From assembly GCA_951406725.2 (NCBI GenBank), contig OX597821.1, forward strand, positions 96,410,001 through 96,474,000: DNA of 64,000 nt, given 5' to 3'. How positions within the stretch are numbered: position 1 is the first letter of the stretch; each line of letters begins with the position of its first letter. Of this stretch, positions 14,873 to 26,746 are shown piece after piece. Source of the DNA: Octopus vulgaris. Lineage: Eukaryota. The position numbers were made by a program, and so were the translations under genes. A model generated the notes under the pieces. The model worked only from the letters and a program-made list of their open reading frames with translations. It searched no databases and was not told the origin of the DNA.

Positions 14873-15121
14873 ACTCTTTCCGTGTGTGAAATGTTTTTAG
14901 CATTTCACTAGTAGTTTATTGTTCATGTTTTTATATTTTCAAAGTTTTTTTTTTTTCATTTCTTTATTCTTTCCCAAGTAACAGTGTTTAAACCAGACTC
15001 TCTCTCTACTTCTCTTTTTCCCACCTGCTTATGTGTGTATCTTGCATTCTGCATTCGTGTGTTCCCCTGTCTAAAATACACATATATGTACACGAACATG
15101 TACACAAAGTATACACATATA

Positions 15122-15546
15122 TAGGCGCAGGAGTGGCTGTGTGGTAAGTAGCTTGCTAACCAACCACATGGTTCCGGGTTCAGTCCCACTGCGTGGCATC
15201 TTGGGCAAGTGTCTTCTGCTACAGCCCCGGGCCGACCAATGCCTTGTGAGTGGATTTGGTAGATGGAAACTGAAAGAAGCCTGTCGTATATATGTATATA
15301 TATATATACATGTATGTGTGTGTGTGTTTGTTGTGTGTGTGTGTTTGTTCCCCTAGCATTGCTTGACAACCGATGCTGGTGTGTTTACGCCCCCGTTACT
15401 TAGCGGTTCGGCAAAAGAGACCGATAGAATAAGTACTGGGCTTACAAAAAGAATAGGTCCCGGGGTTGAGTTGCTCGATTAAAGGCGGTGCTCCAGCATG
15501 GCCGCAGTCAAATGACTGAAACAAGTAAAAGAGTAAAAGAGAGAGT
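15122..15546 (+). mobile_element. SINE family A, full length
   Basis: Same head, core, microsatellite and tail as 12343-12768, in the opposite orientation. Confidence 0.93.
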
Positions 15547-16599
15547 ATGCATAACACATAAAATACAAAACTCTCACAAATTACTCAAGGGAAAATGGCG
15601 TATTTCTAGTATGCTGCTATACTCGAGCGGATGGGGATGATCATGGCTCAAACGCCATCGGCCATGGACTTGAACAATCAGAGCTAACCTTGAGTACGCA
15701 ACAACATATTACCAGTATGTTTATGTCTATTTGCCTCTCATTTCCAAATTCACGCAATGTTTATCGCTATTTTTTCTTTCATTTAGGTATTTCTTGCTAA
15801 TTCATTTGCGAATTAGTAAATGCTACCATACTTCAAATGATTATAAGTTCACAATAAACTGTGGTGACGTCATGAGGTATTGTGACGTATTGCATGACGT
15901 CACACAAGTTGAAATATGTTAGTGTATAAAATATGACATATACACAACATAAAACCATTTACAAGGCCTGAAATATTGAGAGTTGATTTAATCGCCACCA
16001 ATACTTGAATAGTACTTTACTATATCAAACATGTCGAAATGAAAGCTAATGTAAAATAATAATTTCTTACGTAGGTACAAAGCCGCAATTACATCAACAC
16101 TGTGTACTTGTGCTGGTGAATTAAATGTTTCCTATCAACAAAACAGTATATTGGTTGCAAACTGGGAATGTTTCCGTGTGTATTAGCAGCACAAGCCCAG
16201 CAGCATTTTAATGTTTGTTTGTTTAATTGCAGCACTGTCCCAGATATGTGAGTTTTATATCCTTCTATACGTTGGATATACAGATTTCACGAAGCAGAGA
16301 TAGACACAAATGTCTTCACACAACGTACTTCAAATTACTCCACTAAACACGACACTCCAATAAATACCACTCTCAACGATCTCAAGAACTCCCTACGACT
16401 TTTCTCTCGTCTCCACCAATATGCTACTTTGTACAAGAGTCTGGCTAGTTCAGTCCATTCTTCCAATCTCACAGGGGTGTCAATGACTCTCGCCACAATA
16501 GTGAGCAATATGCTAATGTTGATGTTAGGTCAGGGATATCATCACAAGCTGATGAGACATACTACTGATACCATGCAAACCAGTACTACCTTTTCTATG

Positions 16600-16920
16600 G
16601 TCGGGTGGTCGGCAACTAAACCGACTCCCCCAACTTGAATAGCATGCTACTCTTATGAGGGTGGGGTATTAGGACACCCAGCAAAACTAAAAAAAAGGAT
16701 CTGTCGGAAGACGGATGAGATGTTTGTGGGCCAACGGCCATGAAACTGAGGAAGGCAATGACAAACCACCCTGGTATCTCTGCCAAGAAAGCACTATGGG
16801 AAAATCAGAATGAAGCAACGCTATGGCTTCATCCGATGGGACGACAGGCGCTTAATCGGGAAGACTTTCAGTGTAGCATCATCAACCCGCTGCAAAAATC
16901 GTATGACACATGATGACAAC
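16600..16920 (+). mobile_element. RTE/Bov-B-related repeat (SINE or LINE UTR)
   Basis: gaggaaggcaatgacaaaccaccctggtatctctgccaagaaagcactatgg (16748-16799) resembles the Bov-B/Sauria-type motif GAAGG(A/C)AATGGCAA(A/C)CCAC...CTTGCC; recognised from memory, boundaries uncertain. Confidence 0.5.
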
Positions 16921-17996
16921 GACTCTAATGTAGGTCAAGTAGTAAGTATATTTGTGTGTATGGTAGCAGTACTCTCCCAGATACATGAGCAGTGCTCTTA
17001 TGTTGATCTAGCATGTTTGAACGTGTACAGCCTATATAATGTATATGTGTGTGTGTATGTGTGTGTATCCCGCACAAACTTTTAGACGCAGTTCATGCAA
17101 AGACTTCATTATCCAGCATTTAAGGGGATTTGCTTGCTCCTTCTAGCACATCAAGCGACAGGTAGATGCTCCTTCACTCACTGTTATTTACAGAGAGGTG
17201 GCAATTGTTTACTGAAAATCGCTTTGAAGAAAGAAAATAACAATCTTTTCACTGAGAGGCTGAGTATGTTAGCAATTTCTGATGCGAACTTGTAACGTAA
17301 TGCTATGCATAGTATCTTCGCTCCGCCTAACGCCAACATTACATTACAAGCTGATATTCATCTCACTGATAGAGAAAGATTAATTATGACACTTCATTAA
17401 GTGCAGTATTTCATTGATGTATCATCATTATCATCATCATCATCATCGCCGTCGTCATTATTGTTATGTTTGTGACCATAAGATTAACGCCCATCATCGC
17501 CAATACATGCCCTTTCTAGAGTATGCCTTTTCTAGAGCATGAATTTCCGGCCCCTTTGGCACACCAATGTACACATTTCCGTCTTCTGAGCAATCATGTC
17601 TTAGTCTTTTACATCACCCTTCGACACATTTCTTCTGTAGCGCTTTATTCATCCAACTAAAATCTTGTTGACGCAGACAACCACAAACGATAGTAAGTAA
17701 CCTGTATTTTTTTTTCCTAAAAAGATTCGTCCACTGTTAGACGATCGACTAAATTGCTTTATATTCCAAGGACCATATACGTCCATTAATCCTTCATCAA
17801 ACAAAACTACACGAAAACCGTATGACTGTGTTTCTAACTAACCTTCGTAACTGCGGTATCCACCATACAAGCTGAACTCGAATGACCTGCACGCGCACAC
17901 ACGCACACACACACAAACACAAACACACACAAACACGCACACACATGTACACACGCACACACATGTACACACGCACACACACACGCGCGCACATAT

Positions 17997-18268
17997 ACAG
18001 GTTTGCTTCCCAGCCAAATGGTTCCGGGTTCAGTCCCACTGCTTGGCACCTTGGGCAACTGCCTTCTTCTTTAACCTCAGGCCTATCCAAGCTTTATTAG
18101 TGGATTTGGTAGACGGAAACCGAAAGAAACCTGTAAAACATATGTATGCGTGTGTGTATGTGTGTGTGTGTGTGTATGTGTGTGTGTGTCTGTGTTCGGT
18201 CAGACCCTTCTAGTTGGTGTCCTAGCATGGTCGTAGTCCAATAACCGAAACAAGCCAAACATGAAAGA
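17997..18268 (+). mobile_element. SINE family A, degraded
   Basis: ggttccgggttcagtcccactgc...ccttgggcaa...gtggatttggtagacggaaac. Confidence 0.85.
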
Positions 18269-18418
18269 TGTTGGTGGGGTTGATAAACTTATTATGAATC
18301 AGTTGGAAAATTCATTGCAGTGGTAGAACTGGTAACGTGATATTTACTTAAGCACTTTTCCGATCTATGTTCAAATTACACCACAAGTATTTATTTCGCC
18401 TTTAATCTCTCCTCAGTC

Positions 18419-18859
18419 GGTAACTATCGCAGTATTTTTAGTTATACCACAACATCCACTTTTAAGTGGGGATAATATCAAATTTTGTTATTAATACTGC
18501 TTCTGTGCTATTAATTAATTTTTTAATAAGTCCTCTGGTTATTCACGAAACCAGTGCTTGAATAGACACTGATATTTTATGTATATCGCTGCTATTTCCA
18601 GCGGTCGAATGTCTACTGTTGACAAAGCCAAAGAAACCCGAAATCCCGTGATCCGTTAGTTGCGGCGGCGGCGATGATGGAGTTATCTCACACTAGCGAT
18701 ATAAACAAGAGTGCTTGTATGCACCAAAAGCCTATATGAGAGGTTCCCTCATGGTAACTATCGCAGTATTCTGTGTTCTAATACACTATTCCCTGTTAAG
18801 TGGGGATAAATTTTACCTTTTGATATTAAAATAACTTCTGTTACTAATAATTACTTTTT
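18419..18859. repeat. Diverged direct repeat pair of about 105 bp (18419-18524, 18753-18859)
   Basis: Both start ggtaactatcgcagtatt and contain ttaagtggggataa and cttctgt. Confidence 0.75.
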
Positions 18860-19120
18860 AAAATACGCACCGTTATTCGTTCAAACATATATAATCCACC
18901 TCTTCATTTCTGAATTAGTAGTAGAAGTAGGGGAAAAACGAACCAAAATTATAAATCTCTATTAAAACTGTTGTAACAAATTTGGGGTTTGATCCCAGCG
19001 AAGGAGTCTCTAAAGGATCACAAGAATTAATATTCCAAATTTTCTTCAAAACACTCTATTGTCTCTAATAAGATAATTGACGTATTAGATAATGTGATAT
19101 TAGATAATGTACTATTAAAA

Positions 19121-19361
19121 TAATAATAATAAATGCGCCCTTTTAAAGCCTAGCCAGGCTCATGGGCCCGGTTTCCCGGTTTCAATGGCCGGGACGCCAG
19201 TCCATCGCAGCGTTACTCATTTTTGCCAGCTGAGTGGACTGGAGCAACGTGAAATGAAGTGTTTTGCTCAAGAACACAACGTGTCCCCCGGTCCAGGAAT
19301 CGAAACCACAATCTTACGATCATGATGCTGACACCCTAGCCACTAAGCCATGCGCCTCCAC
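19121..19361 (-). mobile_element. tRNA-derived CORE-type SINE (variant C1) with (TTA)n tail
   Basis: Minus strand: ggaggcgcatggcttagtgg (A box), ggtttcgattcc (B box), ttcttgagcaaaacactt core; aatgta(c/a)tatta on both flanks. Confidence 0.85.
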
Positions 19362-19749
19362 AATGTAATATTAGGTAATGTAATATTAGATATAAAAACA
19401 AGATCATAGGTATGACGCTTTAATTCATAGCTCTTCCTCATCGGATCTGGCCAGTGTTTTCACAACGATGACGACGAAAATAACAGCGATAGCAACAATA
19501 TCTACAAGATAAACATGTCGATTGACAACGAATCAGTTTAAAAAGGGGGAAAGCGACAATTATTTTGTATTGTATTCTTTTTTACTCTCTTTTTTCTCAT
19601 TTTATTGTTAATGACGGGAAATAAATAGGATCAAATGTATGAAAATAGAGTGAAATATAATAAAGTAATTTACCGTAAGTGAAGGAATACGTTAAAGATT
19701 TTTTCTTACCTGAAAACAGAAAAAAACAAAAGTATATTTAGATTTGTGG

Positions 19750-19820
<71 letters not shown>

Positions 19821-20082
19821 GAAGAAGAAGTGAGTAGAAACAGAAAGAACATTGAGATAAGGAGAGAGAGAGAGAGCAATAACGAGATGAGTAACCGAGC
19901 AAGTGGATAGGGAACACATCGTCAAGGTCAAATTTACTTCAACGAATAAGTGAAGCTGACATATATGTAATCATATACACATATATACGCATACATAATA
20001 TGCGTGAGAGTACGTGTGAATATGTATGCGCATGTTTGTGTAAGTGAATATGTAGTACAACACAAAACTATGTTATTGATTA

Positions 20083-20477
20083 CTAGCAGTATCGCCCGGC
20101 GTTGCTCGGGTTTGTAACGGAAATAACTATATAAGCATTTTTAGAGATGTAAATTATAATAGCCATCTCAAAATGGCTAACCACAAAGAGGGGTGTTACT
20201 GTAGCTTTTTTACGTTCTGAGATTTAATAATACATTTTTAGAGAGTTACTTCCCTTATATAATAGCAAAAAATGCATTAAAAATGGGGAAAAATGATGGT
20301 AATTTTTTTTTTAAATCGTAGACTCATCGTAGACGCGCGCTAATACCCAGAAGGGCCCGATATGAATCACGACTATAAGATACCCGCTTTTGGTTACACT
20401 GCACCGCAAAATGTGGGAGTAGTTAGGAATCTAAATCGTAGGAGACAGACACACAACTTCACTTTTATATATAAAGA
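20083..20477 (-). mobile_element. Non-autonomous Helitron
   Basis: Minus strand begins 5'-TCTTTATATATAAAAG and ends with the hairpin cccgagcaacgccggg, then CTAG-3'; lies between host A and T with no TSD. Confidence 0.88.
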
Positions 20478-20861
20478 TAATTGCAAGTATATGAATATGA
20501 GTTAATGCGGTCGTATTTGCACAGTCAAGAACTTTGCTTCACACCTACGTCTTTTCGCGTTCGATCTCACTTCATCGTGTTCTAAGCTAGTGAGTTCTAT
20601 AGATTTAGGTCGGCCAATTTGGTAGATGGAACCATTGTATGAAGGTCATTGATAAGATTGTTCCTACTCTTGTTAAACTGTCGCTGGCTTAACACAATCC
20701 CCTTCTTCTGCAATGCATTCAACCTTGGTACATAATGTGAGAATAGCTTTCCCCTATAGACTAGAAGAGCCATGAAAAGGGCCAAGGACCCTGCTCTATT
20801 TTCTATGACTAAGCCAGAAATATATATATCTTAAAATATTGATTATTTTTAGATCTGAATA

Positions 20862-20907
20862 CCACCTGATGAATGTCCTTAGAAGAGACACGAAACAATT
20901 GTAGTGG
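20862..20907 (+). ncRNA. Minimal type I hammerhead ribozyme motif
   Basis: ccac-CTGATGA-a tgtc cttagaaga gaca c-GAAAC-aatt-GTA-gtgg: stems I and II pair and the stem III loop is palindromic. Confidence 0.82.
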
Positions 20908-20997
20908 CGAATTTAATTTTATTTAATTTATATAAAATTTTTTATGTATTGGATTAAGTCTTTCTTTGTTTGATTTGCATAATAGTGGTTTTGTCTC

Positions 20998-21042
<45 letters not shown>

Positions 21043-21060
21043 TACTAACCGGTGTTGTTC

Positions 21061-21097
21061 AAACGATGAATAGCTTTGCGTAAACCATGGTCCGTTT
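21061..21097 (+). ncRNA. Decayed hammerhead-like motif
   Basis: aaacg-(CTG missing)ATGA-atagctttgcgt-AAAC-catg-GTC-cgttt; stem I and palindromic stem III intact, core broken. Confidence 0.5.
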
Positions 21098-21302
21098 TGT
21101 TCTCTTACTTTATTATCATCTTATAATCATCTCATATTAATGACTTTTACAACTCGTATTACTACAATCTAAATGTATATATTTGTCGTTACCTGTCATA
21201 AATAGTTTTTTTTTTATCTGCAATGTGCATTTTCGTTGATTTTTCATATTTTACCCTTACATTTCCACGTGTATTTTATATTTTCTTTTCGTAACATATT
21301 TC

Positions 21303-21395
<93 letters not shown>

Positions 21396-21404
21396 TATAT
21401 ATAC

Positions 21405-21435
<31 letters not shown>

Positions 21436-21659
21436 ATATATATATATATATACATATGTATATATAACATACTACAAGTATATACGAGAACAGTTTTATA
21501 AAGAAATGCTAAATCACTGAGTACGTTGGCATTTTACAAAAGATGGAGAAATCTCGGGAGCAGGAGGATAGTTGTGAAAACAGATTTTAGAGGATTGAGT
21601 AAAAATACCCCCAAAAGAAGGAAAAATGACCAGAAAGTTACTACAAAGAAACGAACTCA

Positions 21660-21985
21660 ATCGACAGACTGACAGAATCATTAGCATACCGTACAAAATG
21701 CTTAGCGGCATTTCGTCCGTCTTTACGTTCTGAGTTCAAATTCTGTCGAGGTCAGTTTTGCCCTACATAGCTTCGGGGTCGATAAAATAAGTACCAGTCG
21801 AGTACTGGAGTCGACTATCCCCTCCTATATCAGAAAGAATTATTTCCGCTGAGGTCGACTTTGAATTTTCATCTTTTCGTGGTCGATAAAAATTATTAGT
21901 TAATTACAAGGGTTAATGTAATCGATTAACCCCACTCCTTTCCCTAAAATTCCGGACTTATGCCTATGGCAGAAGGGATTTATAA
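21660..21985 (+). mobile_element. SINE family B, two degraded units
   Basis: aaatgcttagcggcatttcgtcc...gttctgagttcaaattc...gtcgataaaataagtaccagt. Confidence 0.82.
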
Positions 21986-22111
21986 TCGGTAGATTTTACA
22001 GAGTGATTAAGCACCACGTACGAAACACTCGGACCTTGAGTAGCTCTGCCGATTAGTAATAATAAGAAAATATATATATTCTCGGTTTTAGTTCCATTTT
22101 CCTGTTTGTTT

Positions 22112-22199
<88 letters not shown>

Positions 22200-22882
22200 A
22201 TGCATGTTTCGGTGAGCAAAGAAAAGAAGCAGTAGCAGAATTTATTTATTCCAAGACCACGATTCACTCCATGAAGCTGAAAGTTTTTCGTCATGCGCGA
22301 TCTTTCAGACGAATAAAAGTGATTCATCTTTATCGTATTATTGGAAAGTGTGAGTCCACACACACACACACACCACACCACACCACACACATATATGCTA
22401 ATCCCTGTCACCGTGCTGATACCAACAGTTAGCCTCTAGAATATAATAATTTATCAAAGGATATAATTTACCATGTATGTCGATACCACTAGTAATATCT
22501 CAATATCTTATATTGTCCAATTTAAATATTGATTTCATTCTCACATGCATACCTTCAGAAACCTTGCCTGGAGCATTGAAAATTATTTCACGTTATACAC
22601 ACACACACACACACAAACATACACACACACATACGTACATACATACATACATACATACAAACACTCGCACGCGCACACATAACGCTTAATGAAAATATGA
22701 TAGCAGTTAAAAATATATAAAATTAAAATACTAATAGACATAATCGATATCCTACTTTTCATCTCTGATAATTGATAAGGTGGCTGGCAAAATACACCTA
22801 CGGATGATGCTTTAGCACTGTTATTAATGTATGTCTAACCAAAATACTGTACACGCGCACTCATATATGTACATATATAAAC

Positions 22883-22922
<40 letters not shown>

Positions 22923-23124
22923 GCATCTGCGTGTCACAGGAAAGCTTGCCGCTGTGGTTTTGTCTGTGAGAAAAATCTCTACATAGACACGTTATGTTAC
23001 AAACAAAATATACCTTGAAGTTAAACAAGCGCTGTCGCAGCAGCGGATGTCAGACGCGTTTTGCCCATCTTGGGGTTTCTTAATAACGTGTGCCCATTTG
23101 TCACATGCCGGAACGAAATTCGTG

Positions 23125-23168
<44 letters not shown>

Positions 23169-23178
23169 GTGGCAGCAG

Positions 23179-23286
23179 CCGGTCTATGGGATTACCTTGG
23201 GTTTACCGTCCATAAAGGGTTTAGCTTTATGACAATACGCCATAAAGCTTTATGGATGGGAAACTTAGGGTAACCCCATAAGCCGG
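23179..23286. repeat. Imperfect hairpin with arms of about 39 bp
   Basis: ccggtctatgggattaccttgggtttaccgtccataaag pairs with ctttatggatgggaaacttagggtaaccccataagccgg. Confidence 0.75.
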
Positions 23287-23373
23287 TTTCCCCCATCTTT
23301 AATATATACTGCTCTACATCTTAGAGTGTGCCTTTTATCTGGATTTATGTTTTCTCGAACCGATATATATATA

Positions 23374-24023
23374 TAACAATAATAATAAAAGGGTAAAACT
23401 AATTAATTATTAATTAATTTTACCAAGTAGTGTTCAGTATGTAAAAAGACCATTTACGGTATATTTGAAACATTACGTTATAAAAATAGGGTTCAGTAAA
23501 ATAATTTACTTTACCACACACCGAACATTTTAGAAATAGCAGCCAAAAATCTTAACTATTTCTACTACTGTAAGAAAAATCTCCCAGACAATGCATACTC
23601 AGATAATGTATCACTCTGTAACTCACGTGGATTGATGGGGATGAATGCGAGGCCTCACTTGTATTTTGAATTCGTTGGTACTGGCGGTCGGATATGGTTT
23701 GTCTGGGATTACTCATACCAGACGGGTATGTTCGATTTTTAGTGCTCTCAAATCCAAACCATGAGAAATCTCTGAGCTGACGAAGGAAATGTTGATCTTT
23801 ATATTAAACTAATTCAGAAACGGGCCGTTCTCAGGTAATCTTATATACGTGTGATCTTTCGTTATTTTTCCCTCTATGCCTGTGTGAGTTATTTTTGAGT
23901 ATGCATTGTCTGGGAGATTTTTCTTACAGTAGAAGAAATAGCTAAGATTTTTGGCTGCTATTTCTAAAAAGTTTGGTGTGTGGTAAAGTAAATTATTTTA
24001 CTGAACCCTATTTTTATAACGTA
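23374..24023 (+). mobile_element. Penelope-like non-coding element with 128-bp inverted repeats, in (TA)n
   Basis: Arms 23474-23601 and 23896-24023 are reverse complements; there is an internal hammerhead and TA tracts on both sides. Confidence 0.7.
23772..23834 (+). ncRNA. Type I hammerhead ribozyme motif
   Basis: ctgag-CTGACGA-(33 nt, imperfect stem II)-GAAAC-gggcc-GTT-ctcag. Confidence 0.72.
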
Positions 24024-24849
24024 TATATATATATATATAAATATAAAACAGTACTGGGAGAATAAGAAACGGAACGAAGCGAAAGAATCGAATCGAACCC
24101 GACGCGAGGGCGCTGTCAAACAATAGTGTAATAAATAAAATATATGCATACATACAACCAAATATGTACGTACCTACATTTACATGTATATATACATGCA
24201 TATATAAATATATATACGTGAGTACAGGACACTACAACTAGACGTAGAACTCAACGAGAAACGAAAACTGAAAAGCCATTTTTTTACAACAGAAAAACAG
24301 AGTACAGGACATACTACACAAGGAAAAATCCCCTATCATCAGCTGATATATATATATAAACAAATCAAATACCAATCCCTCTAAAAGGACAATCTCTTGA
24401 ACAGTAACAAAACCACCATCCCATGCCATCCACACATTCAAAGCTGTTGCCAACGGAGCTTCAGCCACAATGAATTTTTTGATACATTCAGTGGCTACTA
24501 CCAACTACAGGCCACGTCAGGCAGTTAGTATGTTCTTGAAGCGAAGAAGTTGAATTTACTGAGACGATATCTGTATATCGCCTGACGAAACAGAACTAAA
24601 TTTCATAATGAAGGAAAACGGTTACAAAATCAAATACATGCAAACCTGGAGGACTACGTTGCGTAGGAGCAATTGTAGTGATTGCAGATAAAAGTCCAAC
24701 TGTACTCCTTCTTGTTGACTCCAACTCATTCAACATATATATATATAAGAGAACAAAATGGATATAATAACAATGGGAAACTCATGGTTTATGCTGGCAT
24801 GTCTTTAATTAAATAGGTAACAAAGAAGTAAGAAGCAGAGATGAGGGTG

Positions 24850-24900
24850 GCATTTACGATCGTTTCGATTTATTGAAGTAAGTAAATCTCTTCAGAATGC
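24850..24900 (-). ncRNA. Minimal type I hammerhead ribozyme motif, fully canonical
   Basis: Minus strand: gcatt-CTGAAGA-gattta cttacttcaa taaatc-GAAAC-gatc-GTA-aatgc. Confidence 0.88.
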
Positions 24901-26351
24901 GAGTATAAATAGATGCATCGGTTAGGATGCGAAAATGATTGATACATATGTGATGGTAATGTAAACAAATATGATTTTAGGTCAGTTACAATAAAATTAA
25001 TTTTACATTAATCTACAGTGTTTCTCTATATTTTTGTAAAGTACAATTTAATTATTCTTTTGTCAGAATAGTATTGAAAGCTACCGTTATTTAGCCTCTA
25101 CCTCCTACTGAGTATATAATGAGAAAATGCGTATATTTACAAATTTGTTGATAGTTACACAATGAGAAAGGAAAGAGGAGAAAAAAATGCTTTCTGGAAT
25201 TGTAATCTCTCTCTCTGTCTATCCCTTCCACATCCCACTCTTTGCTTTTCTTCATCTTTCTCGATTGTCCTTCTCCCTATTTTCCTCTCTTTCTGTCTTT
25301 CTCCCTTTCTCAAAATACAAAATATATTTTCATCTTCTAAACAAACGATATAATTGAAAAGAAATCTTTTTCTGTCGATCCCCCTCCTCTTTAATTTTAT
25401 TTATGTTTCTCGATGGTCCTGTTCCCTTTCTTCCTTTCTTTCTCCCTTTCTTTCTCCCTTTCTCCGAAAACCTAAAACTTTCTCTTCGATTCACCTAAAA
25501 CACGAGGAAACGTTCTGTTTTTATTATTTTGGTTTTCAATTTTTGTAATTGAAGAGTTCGATTAAACGAACGAAAGCGCTTATAAAGAATTATCCAAAAT
25601 TCTGACTGCCTCCTTTTTCCTAATATACAACATCTGTACATCACTTCAAACATTCTATACATACATACATCTCTCTCTCTCTACACACACACGCACACAG
25701 ACACTCACACATATATATATATACATACACACACAGACACACACATATATATACTCATACATACATACTTCTACTACATACACACATTATCTTGCAGTAT
25801 AAGTTCCCAAAATCCCTCCTTCACCTTTCCATATTCACGCAAACACTATTTGATAGAGATTTTTTTTTAACAGACATTAAAATAGACATGACATTATATT
25901 CGAACAGCGCACTTCATTTCAGAAATAAGTATTGAAATATACTATCCCGTTTTGAATAAATGAATATTATATATAATTTATTGTAATTTTAGCAATTATT
26001 TTTCCATAAAAAATTACACTTTATATAAGAATCATTATTCACCTCAGAATTAAGAGAGTTGTACCCCCTCCCCTAGTTACTTTCTTCCTGTTCCATAACA
26101 TCTCACCATTTCCATCTATTTAACATCCTTTCTTTTTCGTTCAAGTAGCAATATTTGACGAAATAGGAAGTAACAAATCTGCAATATAGACGGGGTATTG
26201 TAATGTAGATGAAGTGCAGGTAATTATTTTTCTATGAAACTTAATTGACACGTTCGAATATCTATGTCTTAAGTATTCTGTTCTAGAAATTGAGTTCTTT
26301 CTACCTACTTCAATATTCGCACAATAACTTTTTCTCTCGCTCTCTCTCACT

Positions 26352-26397
<46 letters not shown>

Positions 26398-26404
26398 TTA
26401 TATT

Positions 26405-26525
26405 TATATAAGACAGTTGTTGACAGTGATTTCGAAGTTTCGGCCAGATAAGCCATCGTTTGACAGTCTGACAATGGCTTAGCTGGCCGAAACTTCGAGG
26501 TCACAGCCAACAACATTCTTGTATA
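26405..26525. mobile_element. Foldback palindrome (60-bp arms, 1-nt centre) made of two decayed hammerhead motifs
   Basis: Arms pair at about 49/60 positions by manual alignment; the right arm reads gt-CTGACAA-tggcttagctggcc-GAAAC-ttcgag-GTC-ac. Confidence 0.75.
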
Positions 26526-26621
26526 AGAATAACAGATTTGTACTCTAAAAAGGTATAGAGTAACCCACCAGATTAATGAAAAATTGTTTTTATCATAACT
26601 GAATATAAACAAACATTAATT

Positions 26622-26652
<31 letters not shown>

Positions 26653-26701
26653 TGTACACTGCATATATATGTGTAGGTGTGTGTATGTGTAGGTAACACA
26701 T

Positions 26702-26746
<45 letters not shown>

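Noticed and set aside
24218-24346. TA-bounded island with minus-strand ctgatga and an internal repeat gagtacaggaca
   Set aside because: No downstream GAAA or stem III, so it is not called a ribozyme; it may be a truncated member of the same class.
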